Part shown: one piece after another, positions 35,796 to 51,035 of the stretch
Layout of the letters: every line of letters starts with the position of its first letter
Position numbering within the stretch: the first letter of the stretch is position 1
Assembly: GCF_006345805.1 (NCBI RefSeq)
Contig: NC_043010.1
Coordinates: forward strand, 25,792,001-25,856,000
Origin: Octopus sinensis
Taxonomy: Eukaryota
DNA length: 64,000 nt
Reading direction: 5' to 3'
Notes under the pieces: model-generated
Seen by the model: the letters and a program-made list of their open reading frames with translations, nothing else
The model's database searches: none
What the model was told of the DNA's origin: nothing
Made by a program: the position numbers and the translations under genes

Positions 35796-37101
35796 ATTAT
35801 TATCAGAAAAAATAACAATAACTAAAAAAAAAATATTTAGAGAAATACCAATTATTATTTTTCTCTCAATGTTTATAATGTAAGAATTACAAACTGGTAC
35901 TCTTAGGATTCAAAGATTTTTGAATATGGATTTCTGGATTCTTTAAATTCCTGATACACTTTTGTTTCTCCTACCAATTCCAAGTTGAGATTTTAATTTT
36001 TGAATTTCATCTTGCTATTAGTCACTCTTAGAATGTGTACAAATTTATTCCATGCTACATAATCCTATGGTTTCTTACCATTATGAATAACAACTGATGC
36101 CATTACCTTCTATACCATATTAAATGCATTCCATTTTTTTTTTTTACTAAATACATTCTGTAATATTTTTCTCACTTTGTCTGCCTCTCTCTTTCTCTCT
36201 CCCTGTCTTTTTCTCTCCTCTCACTTTGCCTGCCTCTCTTTCTCTCTCCCAAGCAATACTGATGGCATGCTGTGTCACTTTTTCATATCTGGGCAAAAAA
36301 AATCACTGCAACAGCTTAGCTTTGAGTATTTTTGGCTTTTATAACTAACATATTTAAATTAGATCTCAAGACATATTGATCGATATAACAAGAGAGAGAG
36401 AGGGGGAGGGTGCATGTGCGTATGTATGAGAGAGAGAGAGAGAGAAGTAGAAGCAGGATATGAAGAAAGTGTGCAAAGAAGCACACAATAAATAACGATC
36501 TTATATACAAATCCTGCATTAAGGCATATCATAGGTTGAAGATAACCGTGCTACCACTGCCATTTAAAAAGAGTGTGAGTGAAGGGTGATTTGTGCATTT
36601 GACAAATGCTGAGTTACACTCAACTGAGTCCACTTCATTGGTCTAAGACTTGTTAAGAATAGCTACTGTCACATGCTTAACTCTCAGATTTCGAGTGATT
36701 TATATTGACCTAGCTGTTGTATTTATTCCCCGGATACATGTATAAGTGTGTGTGCCAATGGATATTTACATAAGATGGATAGGTCAAATATTTAATATTT
36801 TCTGATGTATTATTTTTTTAGAAAAATTCCAAAAACTGTAATTAACGGTGTGTGCTCTTACATGTTTAACTCTTTCTCCAGCTTAAATTAAGTCTTCAAT
36901 CACCAACTAAAACAGCAACATTCTTTAACATTGCAACTGTTGTAAAATATATACTTGTATTTTAATGGTGTAAAATTTTCTCTAATCTAAATTTAGAATA
37001 TTTTTCTCTTCCTCCTTGTGACATTGATTTTATAAGAAAATTTCACTCATTCAAAATATCTATTTTATCTCATAACTTCATTTACCCAACCTGTAGCTCT
37101 A

Positions 37102-37139
<38 letters not shown>

Positions 37140-37151
37140 TCTATCTATCTA

Positions 37152-37187
<36 letters not shown>

Positions 37188-38190
37188 CATATATAAAATA
37201 TTTTAGGTTAGTACACCATCGGTAATGATGATAAGTGTTCTAGTTGATCTGATCAACAGAACAACCTGCTCATGAATTTACTGTGCATGTGGCTGATCAC
37301 CCCGCAAACACATGTACTCTTAATGTAGTTCTCAGGGAGATTCAGCATGATACAGAATGTGACAAGGCTGGCCCGTTGAATTACAGGTACAGCTCATTTT
37401 GCCAGTTGAAGGTGAAAAAGTGCTGGACTTTGTTGTAAAATAATAGACAACAAATACATCAATAATAATGTAAATTATGGTATTTAATAAATACTGTGAA
37501 ATAAATGTTTAAAGTTGAAAGTATATTGAAGTTAAAACCTGTTGGCCAGATAAATTACTAAACATCACACTTGTTACTGGGCTGTGTAGAGCAAGAGGTA
37601 AGCCCCTGGTGAGTTGTGTTTGGGAATCGTTTTTTGTTTTTCCTTTTTGATTCCTGCTTGGGGCAACAAATTCACTTTTCATTCTCTTCACTTAAAACTG
37701 CTTATAATCAATTGGAGGCTTTATTACTTCTCATAGGCATCTCATGACACCCATTGTAAATCTACTGCTGAATGTATTACATTGCCTGCTCCCTATCCTC
37801 ATCCTCAGCTTCCTCTTCCTACCCCTCTTCCTTCGCGTGGTGTTTCCTATTTTCATCACACATCTATCGTCAAATATAAATTCTAATACTCAAAGACAAT
37901 TTCACAAGCTGATAAACTGAAATTATTCAACCCTGTCCTGATTGGTTGACTTGCTGAAATAATGTACAATCTGTTGATCTGGACAAGCCTATGCCTTATA
38001 GGCAAAACAAGTCTAGTCCTAGAGACACTCATGGGGTGGTTACCTCCCCTGTCAGTATATATGTATATATACATTGCGTGCTTCTTACAGCATTAAGAGT
38101 TTTTAACTCTTATTTTTTGCAATATAGGTGCTTTGGCTCTCTCAGTCACAATTAGTGATGACAACATTTTTCCTTTATGGTATTATATTG

Positions 38191-38342
38191 GATTCCGCCG
38201 AGGTTAACTTTGCCTTTCATCCTTTCGGGGTTGATTAAATAAGTACCAGTTACGCACTGGGGTCGATATAATCAACTTAATCCGTTTGTCTGTCCTTGTT
38301 TGTTCCCTCTGTGTTTAGCCCCTTGTGGGTAGTAAAGAAATA
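38191..38342 (+). mobile_element. 5'-truncated family B SINE with alternative tail (B2) and 12-bp TSD
   Basis: ggtattatattg at 38179-38190 and 38343-38354; tail tagccccttgtgggtagtaaagaaata. Confidence 0.85.
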
Positions 38343-38354
38343 GGTATTATATTG

Positions 38355-38648
38355 CCTCACTGTTTATATTAATTATGTATGTATTATATATATAATATAT
38401 ATAGATATATATATCATATAATATATATACCCCACAATATACATATATAATATATATAATACACAATATACATATATATATATATATATATACACATATA
38501 TAATATATATATATATAATACACATATATTATATATATATATATACCACATATATATATATACAAATATATATATATAATTACACATATATATATATATG
38601 TATAGATATATATAATATATATATATACACATATATATATATATATAC

Positions 38649-38684
<36 letters not shown>

Positions 38685-38687
38685 CAC

Positions 38688-38718
<31 letters not shown>

Positions 38719-38774
38719 TATATATATATAATACACACATATATACTATATATATATATAATATATATATACAC

Positions 38775-38805
<31 letters not shown>

Positions 38806-39121
38806 TTATATATATATATACAATATATATATATATATATATACACATATATATATATATATATATACACATATATATATATATATATACAAATATATAT
38901 ATATATTATATATATATATTACACATATATTATATATAACAATAATATATATATATATATACACACCATATATAGATATATATATATATATATATACACA
39001 TATATATATATATATATATACACATATATAGATATATATATATATATATATATACACAAATATATATATATATCTATATATATTATATATACACATATAT
39101 CAAATATATTATATATATATC

Positions 39122-39154
<33 letters not shown>

Positions 39155-39175
39155 CATATATATACACACACATAC
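38355..39175. repeat. ~820-bp degenerate (TA)n array with interspersed CA/ACAC units
   Basis: Direct inspection. Confidence 0.95.
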
Positions 39176-39878
39176 ATAGACATATTTGTATGTATGAGTA
39201 GACAGGTTTGAGTACTGTGTATGCTTACAAATAAAAAAAGAACTCAGTGCTGTAGAATAATATCTGTTTTCAGAGTAGAGAAACCTTACATCCCTGTGGC
39301 TAATAGTCTCATCTAATATTCCTCAGGTTGAGTCTCAACAAGTGCAAATGGAAACTACCAGTTGCCAGTATGTGCGCATATGTGTTTATGTGCATGCACA
39401 CACACATACATACATGTGTTGTGTGTATGTATATATATATATAATATATATATATATATGTACACACACACACACCACAATATATATATATATATTATAA
39501 TATATATATATATAATATATATATAAAGCAAAGTGTTTTTTTTTACCAATCTCACATTTTATCAAACATTGTAAATTTTCTTTTTTAATTTCTACAATAT
39601 GTATAACACACATACAAGAACACACACACACACAGGGTTTACTCTGTTTTCACTAAATTCATTATCTTATCATTTTTTTAAAAACTGAGATACTCCTTAA
39701 AAACATAACTCCTCCAATCTTCTCAACATTTTGTTCATTCTGCTTCACTGATGGTGACATTTTTATTTCAAAGATGATATTTTCAGTGCACAAATAAAGA
39801 TAAGTATACATTGAAAAGAGAATATATTCTACATGTTTATCTACATATGTCAGTCATTGCAGCTTCTTAACAAAAAAA

Positions 39879-39914
<36 letters not shown>

Positions 39915-39922
39915 TATTATTC

Positions 39923-40345
39923 AGGCAGTGAACAGAGTTGTTACATGCCAGGCGAAATGCTTACCAGCATTTCGTTTGTCTTTACATTCTGAGTTCAAAT
40001 TCCACTGAGGTCTACTTTGCCTTTCATCCTTTTGGGGGTCGATAAATTAAGTACCAGTGAAACATTGGGGATCGATGTAATCGACTAGTCCCCTCCCCCA
40101 AATTTCAGGCCTTGTGCCTTTAGCAGAAAGGATTATTATTATTAAGTTGGTGAGCTGGCAGAATTGTTAGCATACTGGGCAAAATGCTTAGTGGCATTTC
40201 ATGTGTCTTTACGTTCTGAGTTCAAATGTCACTGCAGCCAACTTTGCCTTTCATCCTTTTGGGGTCAGCAAAATAAGCAAAAACTGAGCACTGGGGTCAA
40301 TGTAATCGACAAACCCTTGCCTCCAAAATTCCTTGTAGTAGAAAC
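39923..40345 (+). mobile_element. Two family B SINEs head-to-tail (~39923-40135 and ~40146-40345) after an (ATT)n tract
   Basis: Family B consensus twice. Confidence 0.8.
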
Positions 40346-41216
40346 GATTATTATTATTATTAAGTTGGTGGCACAGCACTGATGATAATTGATGGCCTTC
40401 CCAAGCTAACAGAGGGGAGAAAGAGAGTGAGAGATGATAGAAAAGTGGAAGGGGCTATAAAACTGGGTTTTCCAGATAGGAAGAGTTTGGCAAAGGGAAT
40501 AATGTGTATTTTAAGAGATAGTGGTGCAGTGATGTTGTCTAATTGAGGAGAAGTGAGTGCATCAGCTGGACTTAGATGAAGATAGGACATAATTTCTTTG
40601 ATCTGAACAAAACAAAAACTCTTGTAGTAAATATAGAAGAGACATGGGGATGAGATAGGAAGCAACATTTGTCAGTCTTTGAACCAGTAGCTGTACTACA
40701 TTTGGTGTGATTTTACCAATCAAATAAGCTGGACGATTGATTTGAAAGTGCAATCTTTGAGGGGGGGGGGTTGTCTTAGGCAAAACATGCTTTCCTGGAT
40801 ATTTGAGTAATAATCTAATAGGGGTCACATTTATGCTTTGTTGAGTATCAGTATTTGATGAGGGCAGGAATACTTTCCAACCCTGAAGTGGGAAAGCCTT
40901 GTCTTTAGGATGTAGACCCAATGTTGTTTGTTCTCTGCATGTGTTGAATATATGAGTTTATATATATATTAAGAAAATACAAATATTTCTTATAACCTAA
41001 CATCTATAAATATATATATGTATATATACAAAGTTATTAGTATATATATATTTTTAAATATTATGATTGTATAAATTACATGAAAAAAACAAAATTAAAT
41101 GTAGAAAAATTCCAAACATTGTATTTGAAACAAAAAATTCTAATATCTATAAATCTATAATGACTTCCCATCACTATATATACATACATACACACGTATA
41201 TATATATATGTACGTA

Positions 41217-41260
<44 letters not shown>

Positions 41261-41429
41261 TACATACATATATGTATGTTTATGTATATTCATATATACA
41301 ATACACATATCAATAACTCATCTATTTTTCTTGAGATAAATGTTGTGCTCTCTGAAATAGTTTATTTTGCTTGTAACATTGATAAATCACTGATATTGAA
41401 TACCTGGATGCTAAATATATACATTCATG

Positions 41430-41460
<31 letters not shown>

Positions 41461-42510
41461 GTGGGGGGGGGGGGTATATAATGTTCCCCTTTTATTTTTT
41501 GGTGTCTTTTATGGTGGGAGGTTCCAGTTTCCCAGAACTAGAAGCAAGAATATAGTCTGTGTTATTTTGGTGAATCTAAACTGATACAATAGTGTCAGAC
41601 CAACTTCATTTAAAAAATATGTTCCTTGTTGTTATATTGTGAAGAGGTGGGGTAAGGTTGGATTGGCAGAACCGGTAGAGCAACACCTAAAACAAAAATC
41701 AATACTTTACAATATTTAGTTACGTTCTCTAACATTCCACATTCAAAGACCACCAGGGTTGACTTTGCCTTTCATCCTTCAAAGGTCCATAAAAATAAAG
41801 TACCAATCAAGTACAGGTTGGTTTAGTCAGCAATATGCCTCCTCCAAATGTGTGGCCTTGTGCCTATGCTAAAATCTCCTACTGTTCTTTTTTTCCTTGT
41901 TTTATTTCCATGGGACAGTGAAGCAACAGGAAAAGTGGATCATAGGACTAAATACATTCTGTATCCAATTCTGTTTCCCTGCATTCCAAGTTCTAATCCT
42001 GCTCAGTCTGGTTATATTTTTCAACTGTCTCCAGGGATCATTAAAACAAGTACCAATCACATTCTGGGAAGAGGTATACAAACGACTATATCCAACCTCA
42101 AATTATGTAGCCTTGTGCCTATATTAGAAACCAGTATTATATATATGATACATACATACATACACAGACACACACACACATACATAAATTGAGATATAGA
42201 TATGTTGTATTGAAAACGTGGATGTTCCAGTAGTACTTTTTTTTTGTCAATGTTTATTCATATTTTTATAACTTTCTTGCACTTTGACTGGAACAGTAAA
42301 GTTCGTATATCTATCAACAACATTTCTGGACTTTCATGGTCTCATCTTCTGGATGAAGTGGTGTTGGTGCATGTGTACGCATGCTGCTATGAATTTTTTA
42401 ATAGAATTTAGACAAAAATATTCAAATGCTTTCATAAGAAGCTAGTGAACATAGTTATGTTTTCAATTCAGGATATTTGAAAGAAAAGCTGTTCCTCATA
42501 TATGTGTGTG

Positions 42511-42541
<31 letters not shown>

Positions 42542-42550
42542 ATATATATA

Positions 42551-42592
<42 letters not shown>

Positions 42593-43321
42593 TATATATA
42601 TATATATACACATATATATATATATACATATACACACATATATATATATACATATACACACACATACACATTTCCCTTAAAAATCTCTGGCCTTGTAATG
42701 ATATACAAAATCATTTTTTCTTATTAATTCATCATACTACTACTACCACTACTGGATTAACAGAAGGGTGGTGGATTGGTTGAATCATTAGGGTGTCAGA
42801 CAAAATGCCTTGCAGTATCTGTTCCAGTTCGCAACGTTCTGAGTTCAAATCCCACTGAGGTCTAATTTGCCTTTCATCCTTTTAGGTTTGATATATATAT
42901 ATATATCAGCACCACACATGTAACTGAAATGTTTTTTAATCAACTAATCTCACCTCACAAAAATATTTCTGACCTTGGTGCATATGTAAGAAACCAATAT
43001 CATTATTGTTATCATTATTATTATTATTCTCTTGTGTAAAAGATATAATTATTTTGTAAATCTATTTTTTAAGAATTTGCCTTGCATCTAAAACCAACAT
43101 TAATCTCTGGGAAATCATTATTGTAATGAGCTAGCTTCTCTTGAACTACTGCCTCCCTACACCTCCTGCATATGTAGGCACACATTCACTCATCTATGAA
43201 TTGATCTCTATCTATCCATCTTTCTATCGATCCATATATGTGTATATATATATATCTATTATATATATTATTATATATATACATACATGTATAGTATATA
43301 TATATATATCATGTGTATATC

Positions 43322-43352
<31 letters not shown>

Positions 43353-43572
43353 ATGTACATATTTATGTACGTATTGGTATGTATATTGTGTGTTTTTCTG
43401 GTTATGAAAAGAGTCAGTATGAATTTACTTTTGAAAACAAAGATAAAAAGAAATAAATCACTAATTACATCTTATCAGAATTGTTCCCTATATACATGTG
43501 TGTGTGTTTATGTATGTATTATGCATGTATGTATGTAAATATATTATGCTTGTGCATGTGTGTGCGTGTATA

Positions 43573-43619
<47 letters not shown>

Positions 43620-44259
43620 CATACATGCATGCTACACACATAAAATAGCTTAGAATATTCTGGAAATATTATACAGATGTTGGTCCATAAATTGCATGTA
43701 CTTGTTAATCTGTAACTCATAACATACACGTAGGCACTTATAAAAAAAATGTCATGTATGTATGTATTTATGGGTGTGTGCATATATGTACATATATGGA
43801 TATGTGTATATGTACACACACACATATATATATATATCATTATGAGTTATAGATAAGCAAATATATATGTATTTATAACGGATCCTGATCTTTCTGATAT
43901 TTCATATAAAATAGATAATTCAATACTATTTTTACTGTACCTCTCTAAATTGTATTCTAACCTCAACTGCTGTCATCCTTAACCTAAACTGCTTCCTTTT
44001 GGGTCAGAGGGAAGTGTTTCAAAATCTATTTTCTCTGTGGCCGTTATATCTGGGATTTTTTCACTTTTTTCATTGTATATTTTGGTTTTTCATTTCCATA
44101 TCCTAATTATTTTTTATCATTCAAACAATATGCTAAGTAAAACAAAAAAATAATAAATTCTTGTCTTAGCTTGTATTGTCTTATTTTTATTAAATTTAAA
44201 ACTTCATTTTTTTCTTTTTTGTATTCTTTTTCTTTTCTCAACCCACTCTAATCTAATAC

Positions 44260-44481
44260 ATAAATTTATAATTAATTATTAATTATATTTGAGGGAACCA
44301 GTGTTACAAGAAATAAGTCATAAAATACTCAAATAAGCCACTATTTCACTGAAAATACAACAGCCTGTTGTATTTTCAGTGAAATGGTTGCTTATTTGAG
44401 TATTTTTTTTATCTCTTATTTCTAGCAACGCTGGTACTTCATGTACCCTGAATTATAATTAATAATTAATTATAAATTTAT
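44260..44481. repeat. ~220-bp near-palindromic fold-back with 1-nt spacer at 44364
   Basis: tttcactgaaaatacaacag-c-ctgttgtattttcagtgaaa at centre; ataaatttataattaattattaattata arms at the ends. Confidence 0.85.
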
Positions 44482-44570
44482 AGATTTGCCTTTTTGGCTT
44501 TAATGCTTGCTGGTCACTTATATTATTGTTATTACTATTTAGTAATAATAATAATGATAATATCTTTATT

Positions 44571-44610
<40 letters not shown>

Positions 44611-45754
44611 AGTGTGTGTGTATATATATATACATGTATGTATGTGTATATATATGTATGTATGTATGTATATATTCTATATATTATAAATATGTATGTA
44701 TATATATATATATTCTATATATTATTAAATATATATGTATATATATATATATTCTATATATTATAAATATATATTCTATATATTATAAATATATATATAT
44801 ATATATATATAATGTTTATGATTTAAGGTTTATATTTTTTAAATTATGTGTTTATAACTTTGTTTATATTTTAAACATTCCATTCTTTTTACAATTTAAG
44901 ATTTATAATTTACTCTGGTTTATATTTTAAAGTGTTTATAATTTACAATTTACATTTAAACACTGTATTTACAATTTAAGGGTTATTTTTACTATAATTT
45001 ACACATTATGTTTTAAACACTACATTTATAATCTACAGTTTGTATTTTAAACATTTTAATGATGAAGGAGCAGATGTAAGTGATGATGCAAATTTCATAA
45101 CATTTAAAATTTTCTGGTATTTGTTTTTGGTTTCTCTTCTTTTTCTTTTCTTTCTTTTTTTTTCTTTTTTTTTTTCCTTTTTTTTTTTTTTGTTAACTGA
45201 CTTTTTTTCTCAAATTCACCAGCAATTGTATCACTTTCCATCAAATCTTGTCTTGAAGTGTTTTCTTTTTAATTTTTCTTCTCTTGAAAAACTATTGTGG
45301 ATGTGTCACTACTTCCTTAATAACCTGTCTTAATCAATGAAAATGAGAATTTATGAAAAAAAATATATTAGAAGGGTAAAAAGAAAACAGATACTACAAC
45401 AACACTCATTGCTTGTTGCTATTTTGTCTTTACATCTCCTAACACCACCACCACCACCCCTACAAGTTATAAACTGAGTTTTGGTCAGATTGGCTTGTTC
45501 AGTAGCCCATGCCTTCAAAAATAGTCCAGCCACTGTGATTTGCAAGCAAAATGGACAAATAAAAAGAAAAGAAAAGAAAAGAGAAAATTTTAAAAAAGAG
45601 AAAAAATGGAGAATTATTTAAACCATCAACTTTGAACTCTCCCTCTCTCTCTCTCTCTCCCACAGTCATTCAGTATCTGCAACAATCTCTTGCTAAAATA
45701 AAACACACATGTTGCAAAAAAAAAAAAGAAAATATTAAATATAATGATAATAAT

Positions 45755-46091
45755 AATATATATATGTATGTATGTATGTATGTACATATATATATATATA
45801 TATATAATATATATATATTATACATATATATCCATATATATATATATACATAATATATATATATAATATACTATATACATATATATATGTATATATACAT
45901 ATATACAATATATATATATAATATATATACTATATATACATATATATATATCATATATCTATAGTACATTATACATATATATATATTACATATGTATATA
46001 TATATACATTATATATTATAATATACAAATATTACATATATATATATATATACTATGTATATATATATACATCTATATATATATACATATG

Positions 46092-46126
<35 letters not shown>

Positions 46127-46841
46127 CCTATATATATATATAATATATATACAAATATATATATCTATACATATGTATATATACATATGTATATATGACA
46201 TATGTATACATATATTATATATATATAGCTATATATATATATATTATATATATATATACTATATATATATTATATATATATAATAAAACAATGCTGCTAT
46301 TAACAAAAAGAATAAGTGAACTTCCAAAAAACAAACTATTTTTCTGAACATTAATCTAATCATCACTACTGCATTATTTATTTTCTTCAAAACATTCCAG
46401 GTATTCTACAAAAGAGTGCAGCTGCAAAATGCTTTCAGTTCCTCTTTTAACTTCTTGTGCAGTCTGTATGTTGTGTATTTTCCAAGTGCCTTTTTGGGAA
46501 TTGTATTGGTAGTTTTCTCCTCAATTTAATATGCTGTTCTTTTTCATGGCCTGTTTTAGTTTTTATCCTATTTTTTTTCATAGCAACTTAATTACGCTGT
46601 CCCACACCCAACTTCATAATATATATGTATATATATATATTTATATATATCAATGCTTACATATTTATTTATTTATTTATTTATTATAATCAATGTTACA
46701 CAACCTCAATCATTCCTTTGAAACTTTCTGCTTGAAAAGTAATTTTTTTTCTGAAATTTGATAAGGTCGTTGTGACCTCTTAAAGATAGCTGCTACTTTT
46801 GGTTAAAGTTTCATATCCTACATCCATTATTAGAAGTGCTC

Positions 46842-46900
<59 letters not shown>

Positions 46901-47300
46901 TGTGTGTGTATATATATATATATACACACAAATATATATCATATACGTTTATATATATATACATATACATATAATGTTTTATACTATATATATATGTTTA
47001 TACATATATATATATATGTTTATACATATATATTATATGGTTATACATATATATATATGTTTATACATATATATATATGTATATACATATATTATATATA
47101 TATACATATATATACATATATATACATATATATACATATATATATATATAATATATACATATATATATATATACATATATAATCATATATATTATATACT
47201 ATATATATATACATATATTTATACATATATATATATATACATATATAATATATATAAATATTATACATATATATATATACATATATAGATCTATATATAC

Positions 47301-47371
<71 letters not shown>

Positions 47372-47385
47372 ATCTATATTATATC
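45755..47385. repeat. Two long degenerate (TA)n arrays (~45755-46280, ~46840-47385)
   Basis: Direct inspection. Confidence 0.92.
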
Positions 47386-48356
47386 TATGAAATGTCATGA
47401 AGAAAGAGTTAAATGAGAAACTGAAGCTAACTTTGAATCCTCGCCTTGTGATTGGCTCACGATTTGCAAGTTTTAATTATCACATCAGAAACTAACACTT
47501 GAAAAATATAATAATGTATGAAAGAGCAAAAAAAAGGACTTAAAATGAAAATATTACAAATGTAAAAAAAAAAAAAAAATGAAAAAATTAAGCAAAATAT
47601 AACAAAATTACATTTAAAGATGAGTTTGGGGAAATTTCCAAATGGAACAGTTATTGATCCGATGGCTGTACATGACACCGCTTCAGACACGGGTACACAT
47701 CGGGTGGTAGCTGAATCGGCAGTGAGGAAGGCTGCAGAAGCAGATAGAGCAAAAGCCATCAACAGCTGCACTACCTCACCCAGAACTGTTATCCCCACCC
47801 CCATTGGGGCATTATATGCTGGATGCTAATCTTGGTTATGATACCTAAACTCTTCTTCTTTCTTTTCTACCTTCTTGCTTTTATAGAAGTCAAGAAGTTA
47901 GCCACTTTCTGGTGAATATGGTACTAAATCCATGATATTCCATATACCAACTAGTCTCTTTATGCTTAATTTTTTTTTTTTTTTGTAGTTGGGTTTTTGA
48001 AGTTCAACCACCTCTATGATTGTCTTGCCTGGGCTAGCTTTTCTTGTGTCTGTTCTTTGGGTGTTTTTTATCTCCCGCTCCTAACCATTGTTGGTTCGCT
48101 GATGCTCACCTTAAAAACCATTATTTTCTTGTTAAAAAAATAACAGCTAAGAAATAAGATTTTATAAACGAAAAATTCGTTTTATTTTGAAAACATAAGT
48201 TTGAAAATTGCCTAAATAAGCCTTGTATGTTGTTGGCTGAAATCAATGTAAAAGTTAAAAATTGAAATATGTGAAATAAATTTTGGCCAACCAGCATTTC
48301 ATTATTCTTCTGGTTATTATCTACACACATATCTATATATATGTATAATTTATATT

Positions 48357-48398
<42 letters not shown>

Positions 48399-48460
48399 AA
48401 TAAAATGATATACATATACATCTATATACATATTACATACACACATATATATGTACATAC

Positions 48461-48509
<49 letters not shown>

Positions 48510-48643
48510 ATAAAGATAGATATATATATTTATTTCATTGCACAAATTCTATTTTTATGAATCTATCTAAATATATATTATTGGGCAATTTTTTTATTTA
48601 TTTTTCTTGTTATCTTTATCTTTCAAAACATTCAGAGAATCAA

Positions 48644-48684
<41 letters not shown>

Positions 48685-49285
48685 ATCTCAGGCTTAAACT
48701 GTTTTTGTTTTTTTGTGGTATCTACAAACTCTTTAAAAATGTAGTATATGTATTTATTTTGAATCATATTCTAAATCTAACTAGCTTTTCAGATTAACAA
48801 CAGCAAAATATTCTCAAATTAATTTAATTAATCACTAAAGAGTGTTTTCATTTTCATTTATTTTAATTATATATATATTTACCTATAAAAATATAATATA
48901 TATATAAATATATATCTTCAAAGGAAGACTTATATTTTGTATTTTTGCTACTCATTCATAGAAAAAAAGGAAAAATCTTCAATACTCTATATTTATTTAA
49001 CTGTTTCTCACTTTATTCCAATCTCTATTTTTCCTTCCTTTCAAAAACTTAGAAAATCTTGTTGGCCTTCTTTATACTGTACATCATGACTCTGAACCAG
49101 TCGTTTTTATGTTGTGCTAACCAAGGTCCCAGTTTCTATTGCTGTACAGCTCATCATAAACTTTTTATTTTCTTCTCTCTGACTGACTAAACTACTAATC
49201 TATTTCACAATGCTGCCTTAATTTCTTTCTTTCTTTCTCTCTCTCTCTCTCTCTCTATCTGTCTGTCTATCTATTGTCTATGTAG

Positions 49286-49317
<32 letters not shown>

Positions 49318-49349
49318 GTATATATATATGTATGTATATATATAATATA

Positions 49350-49547
49350 CAAGGTGTCCGTAAATTATCTTTACAATGTGACAAATTGAGGAAAAAATAA
49401 AAATAAGGATAACTGAACAGAGTTTATTGGAAATCAGGCAAACAGATACAGTTTTATTAGAAACATCAAAATACTTCCACATTGGTTGCATACAACACAG
49501 CTAGATGATAAATTGGGAAGATTGTAAAAATAATTTATGAACACCTA
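49350..49547. mobile_element. Tc1/mariner-type MITE
   Basis: TA-CAAGGTGTCCGTAAATTATCTTTACAAT ... ATTGTAAAAATAATTTATGAACACCTA-TA, ~27-bp imperfect TIRs. Confidence 0.65.
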
Positions 49548-50145
49548 TATATGCCTATGTATTGTCTGTCTGTCTCTCTATATATATACATATATTTATA
49601 TATGTGTGTGTGTGTATGTGTATATATATATATATATAGGTTCAGAATTTTGTTTACCTCAGAAATGTTGCCCTTTGTTCAACCCTATTCAAATCAAGTG
49701 GCCACCTCTGCCAGAGATACCATGTCCTGAGATTTTTCTATATGTGCCTTATAAGGTGTTCTGTTTGAAATTATACCTCAGACACCTGGCGCTACCTTTG
49801 TTCTCTCTCTCTAACTCTTGTCATTATCTGAAGCAATGACAGAGTATTTCAGCAGCACTACCCCAACAGAAACGATCTGACAGTTTTCTGTTTTAATCTC
49901 ACTTGATCCCTGGCTTGTTTCTACTCCTACTTTCCATTTTCTCAAGATTTCCTCGAAATAATATGGCAGAGTTTGATTTGCTTGAGTTCTTTGCAGTTCA
50001 TTTGTTTTTTTCTTTTCTCTAACTGCTTACCATTGGAAGAACCAATAGTTCCTTGATAAATTTACTTATCTATCTACTATATATGTATACACTTCAGTTT
50101 CTGGTATACAATAAGGTAGAAACAGTATGAGGTGATGGCGTGTCA

Positions 50146-50430
50146 CTAGGCCTGACTCAATGTAAAGTGAATACCATCATGAGCAATATGCAAGCTACAG
50201 TGGAGAAGGCAAGCCACTGGATTTGGTTAAAAAGAGACAATGAGCAATGGCTAGAAGAGCATTGAATGAATTCTACTTATCAGTCGATCTAACAAGCAGA
50301 GCCTCATCTTAATGAGGAGAGGAAGGCAGTGTGCTATCAAGATGTAAGCCAAAAATGGCATGTATTCTCTCCTGATGATCCTATAAGCCCACTAAAGTCT
50401 GATATGCAGAGTTTTCAACTGGTAGCACTT
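50146..50430 (+). mobile_element. HERO-like RLE non-LTR retrotransposon 3' remnant
   Basis: LGLTQCKVNTIMSNMQATVEKASHWIWLKRDNEQWLEEH* (50146-50265); EKAS-W-W-KR-W resembles the HERO-clade C-terminus from memory. Confidence 0.5.
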
Positions 50431-50610
50431 GTATCTGCAAGTTGTTGGCAATTAATTCATATATATTTATATATATGTATATTTTGATCAAGTCAGTCTC
50501 TTGTTACTCTGAGTTTAACCTGTGTGTTCAGAGGATCTTCAGGCAAGTTATGACTATGATATTGAGTTCTCTTTTCTATAACAATCAACACTACATGAAT
50601 ATACAATATA

Positions 50611-50991
50611 CTCTTTTACTTGTTTCAGTCATTTGACTGTGGCCATGCTGCAGTACCGCCAGGACTTATTCTTTGTAAGCCTAGTACTTATTCTATCGGT
50701 CTCTTTTGCCGAACCACTAAGTTACGGGGATGTATACACACCACCATTGGTTGTCAAGCAATGTTGGGGGGGACAAACACAGACACACAAACAATATATA
50801 TATATATATATATAAATATACATATATACGACAGGCTTCTTTCAGTTTCCACCTACCAAATCCACTCATAAGGCTTTGGTCAGCCCAAGGCTATAGTAGA
50901 AGACACTTGCCCAAGGTGCCACGCAGTGGGACTGAACCTGGAACCATGTGGTTGGTAAACAAGCTACTTACCACACACCCACTCCTACGCC

Positions 50992-50992
<1 letters not shown>
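50611..50992 (-). mobile_element. SINE family A, full-length
   Basis: Reverse complement of 7411-7796 architecture. Confidence 0.88.
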
Positions 50993-51035
<43 letters not shown>

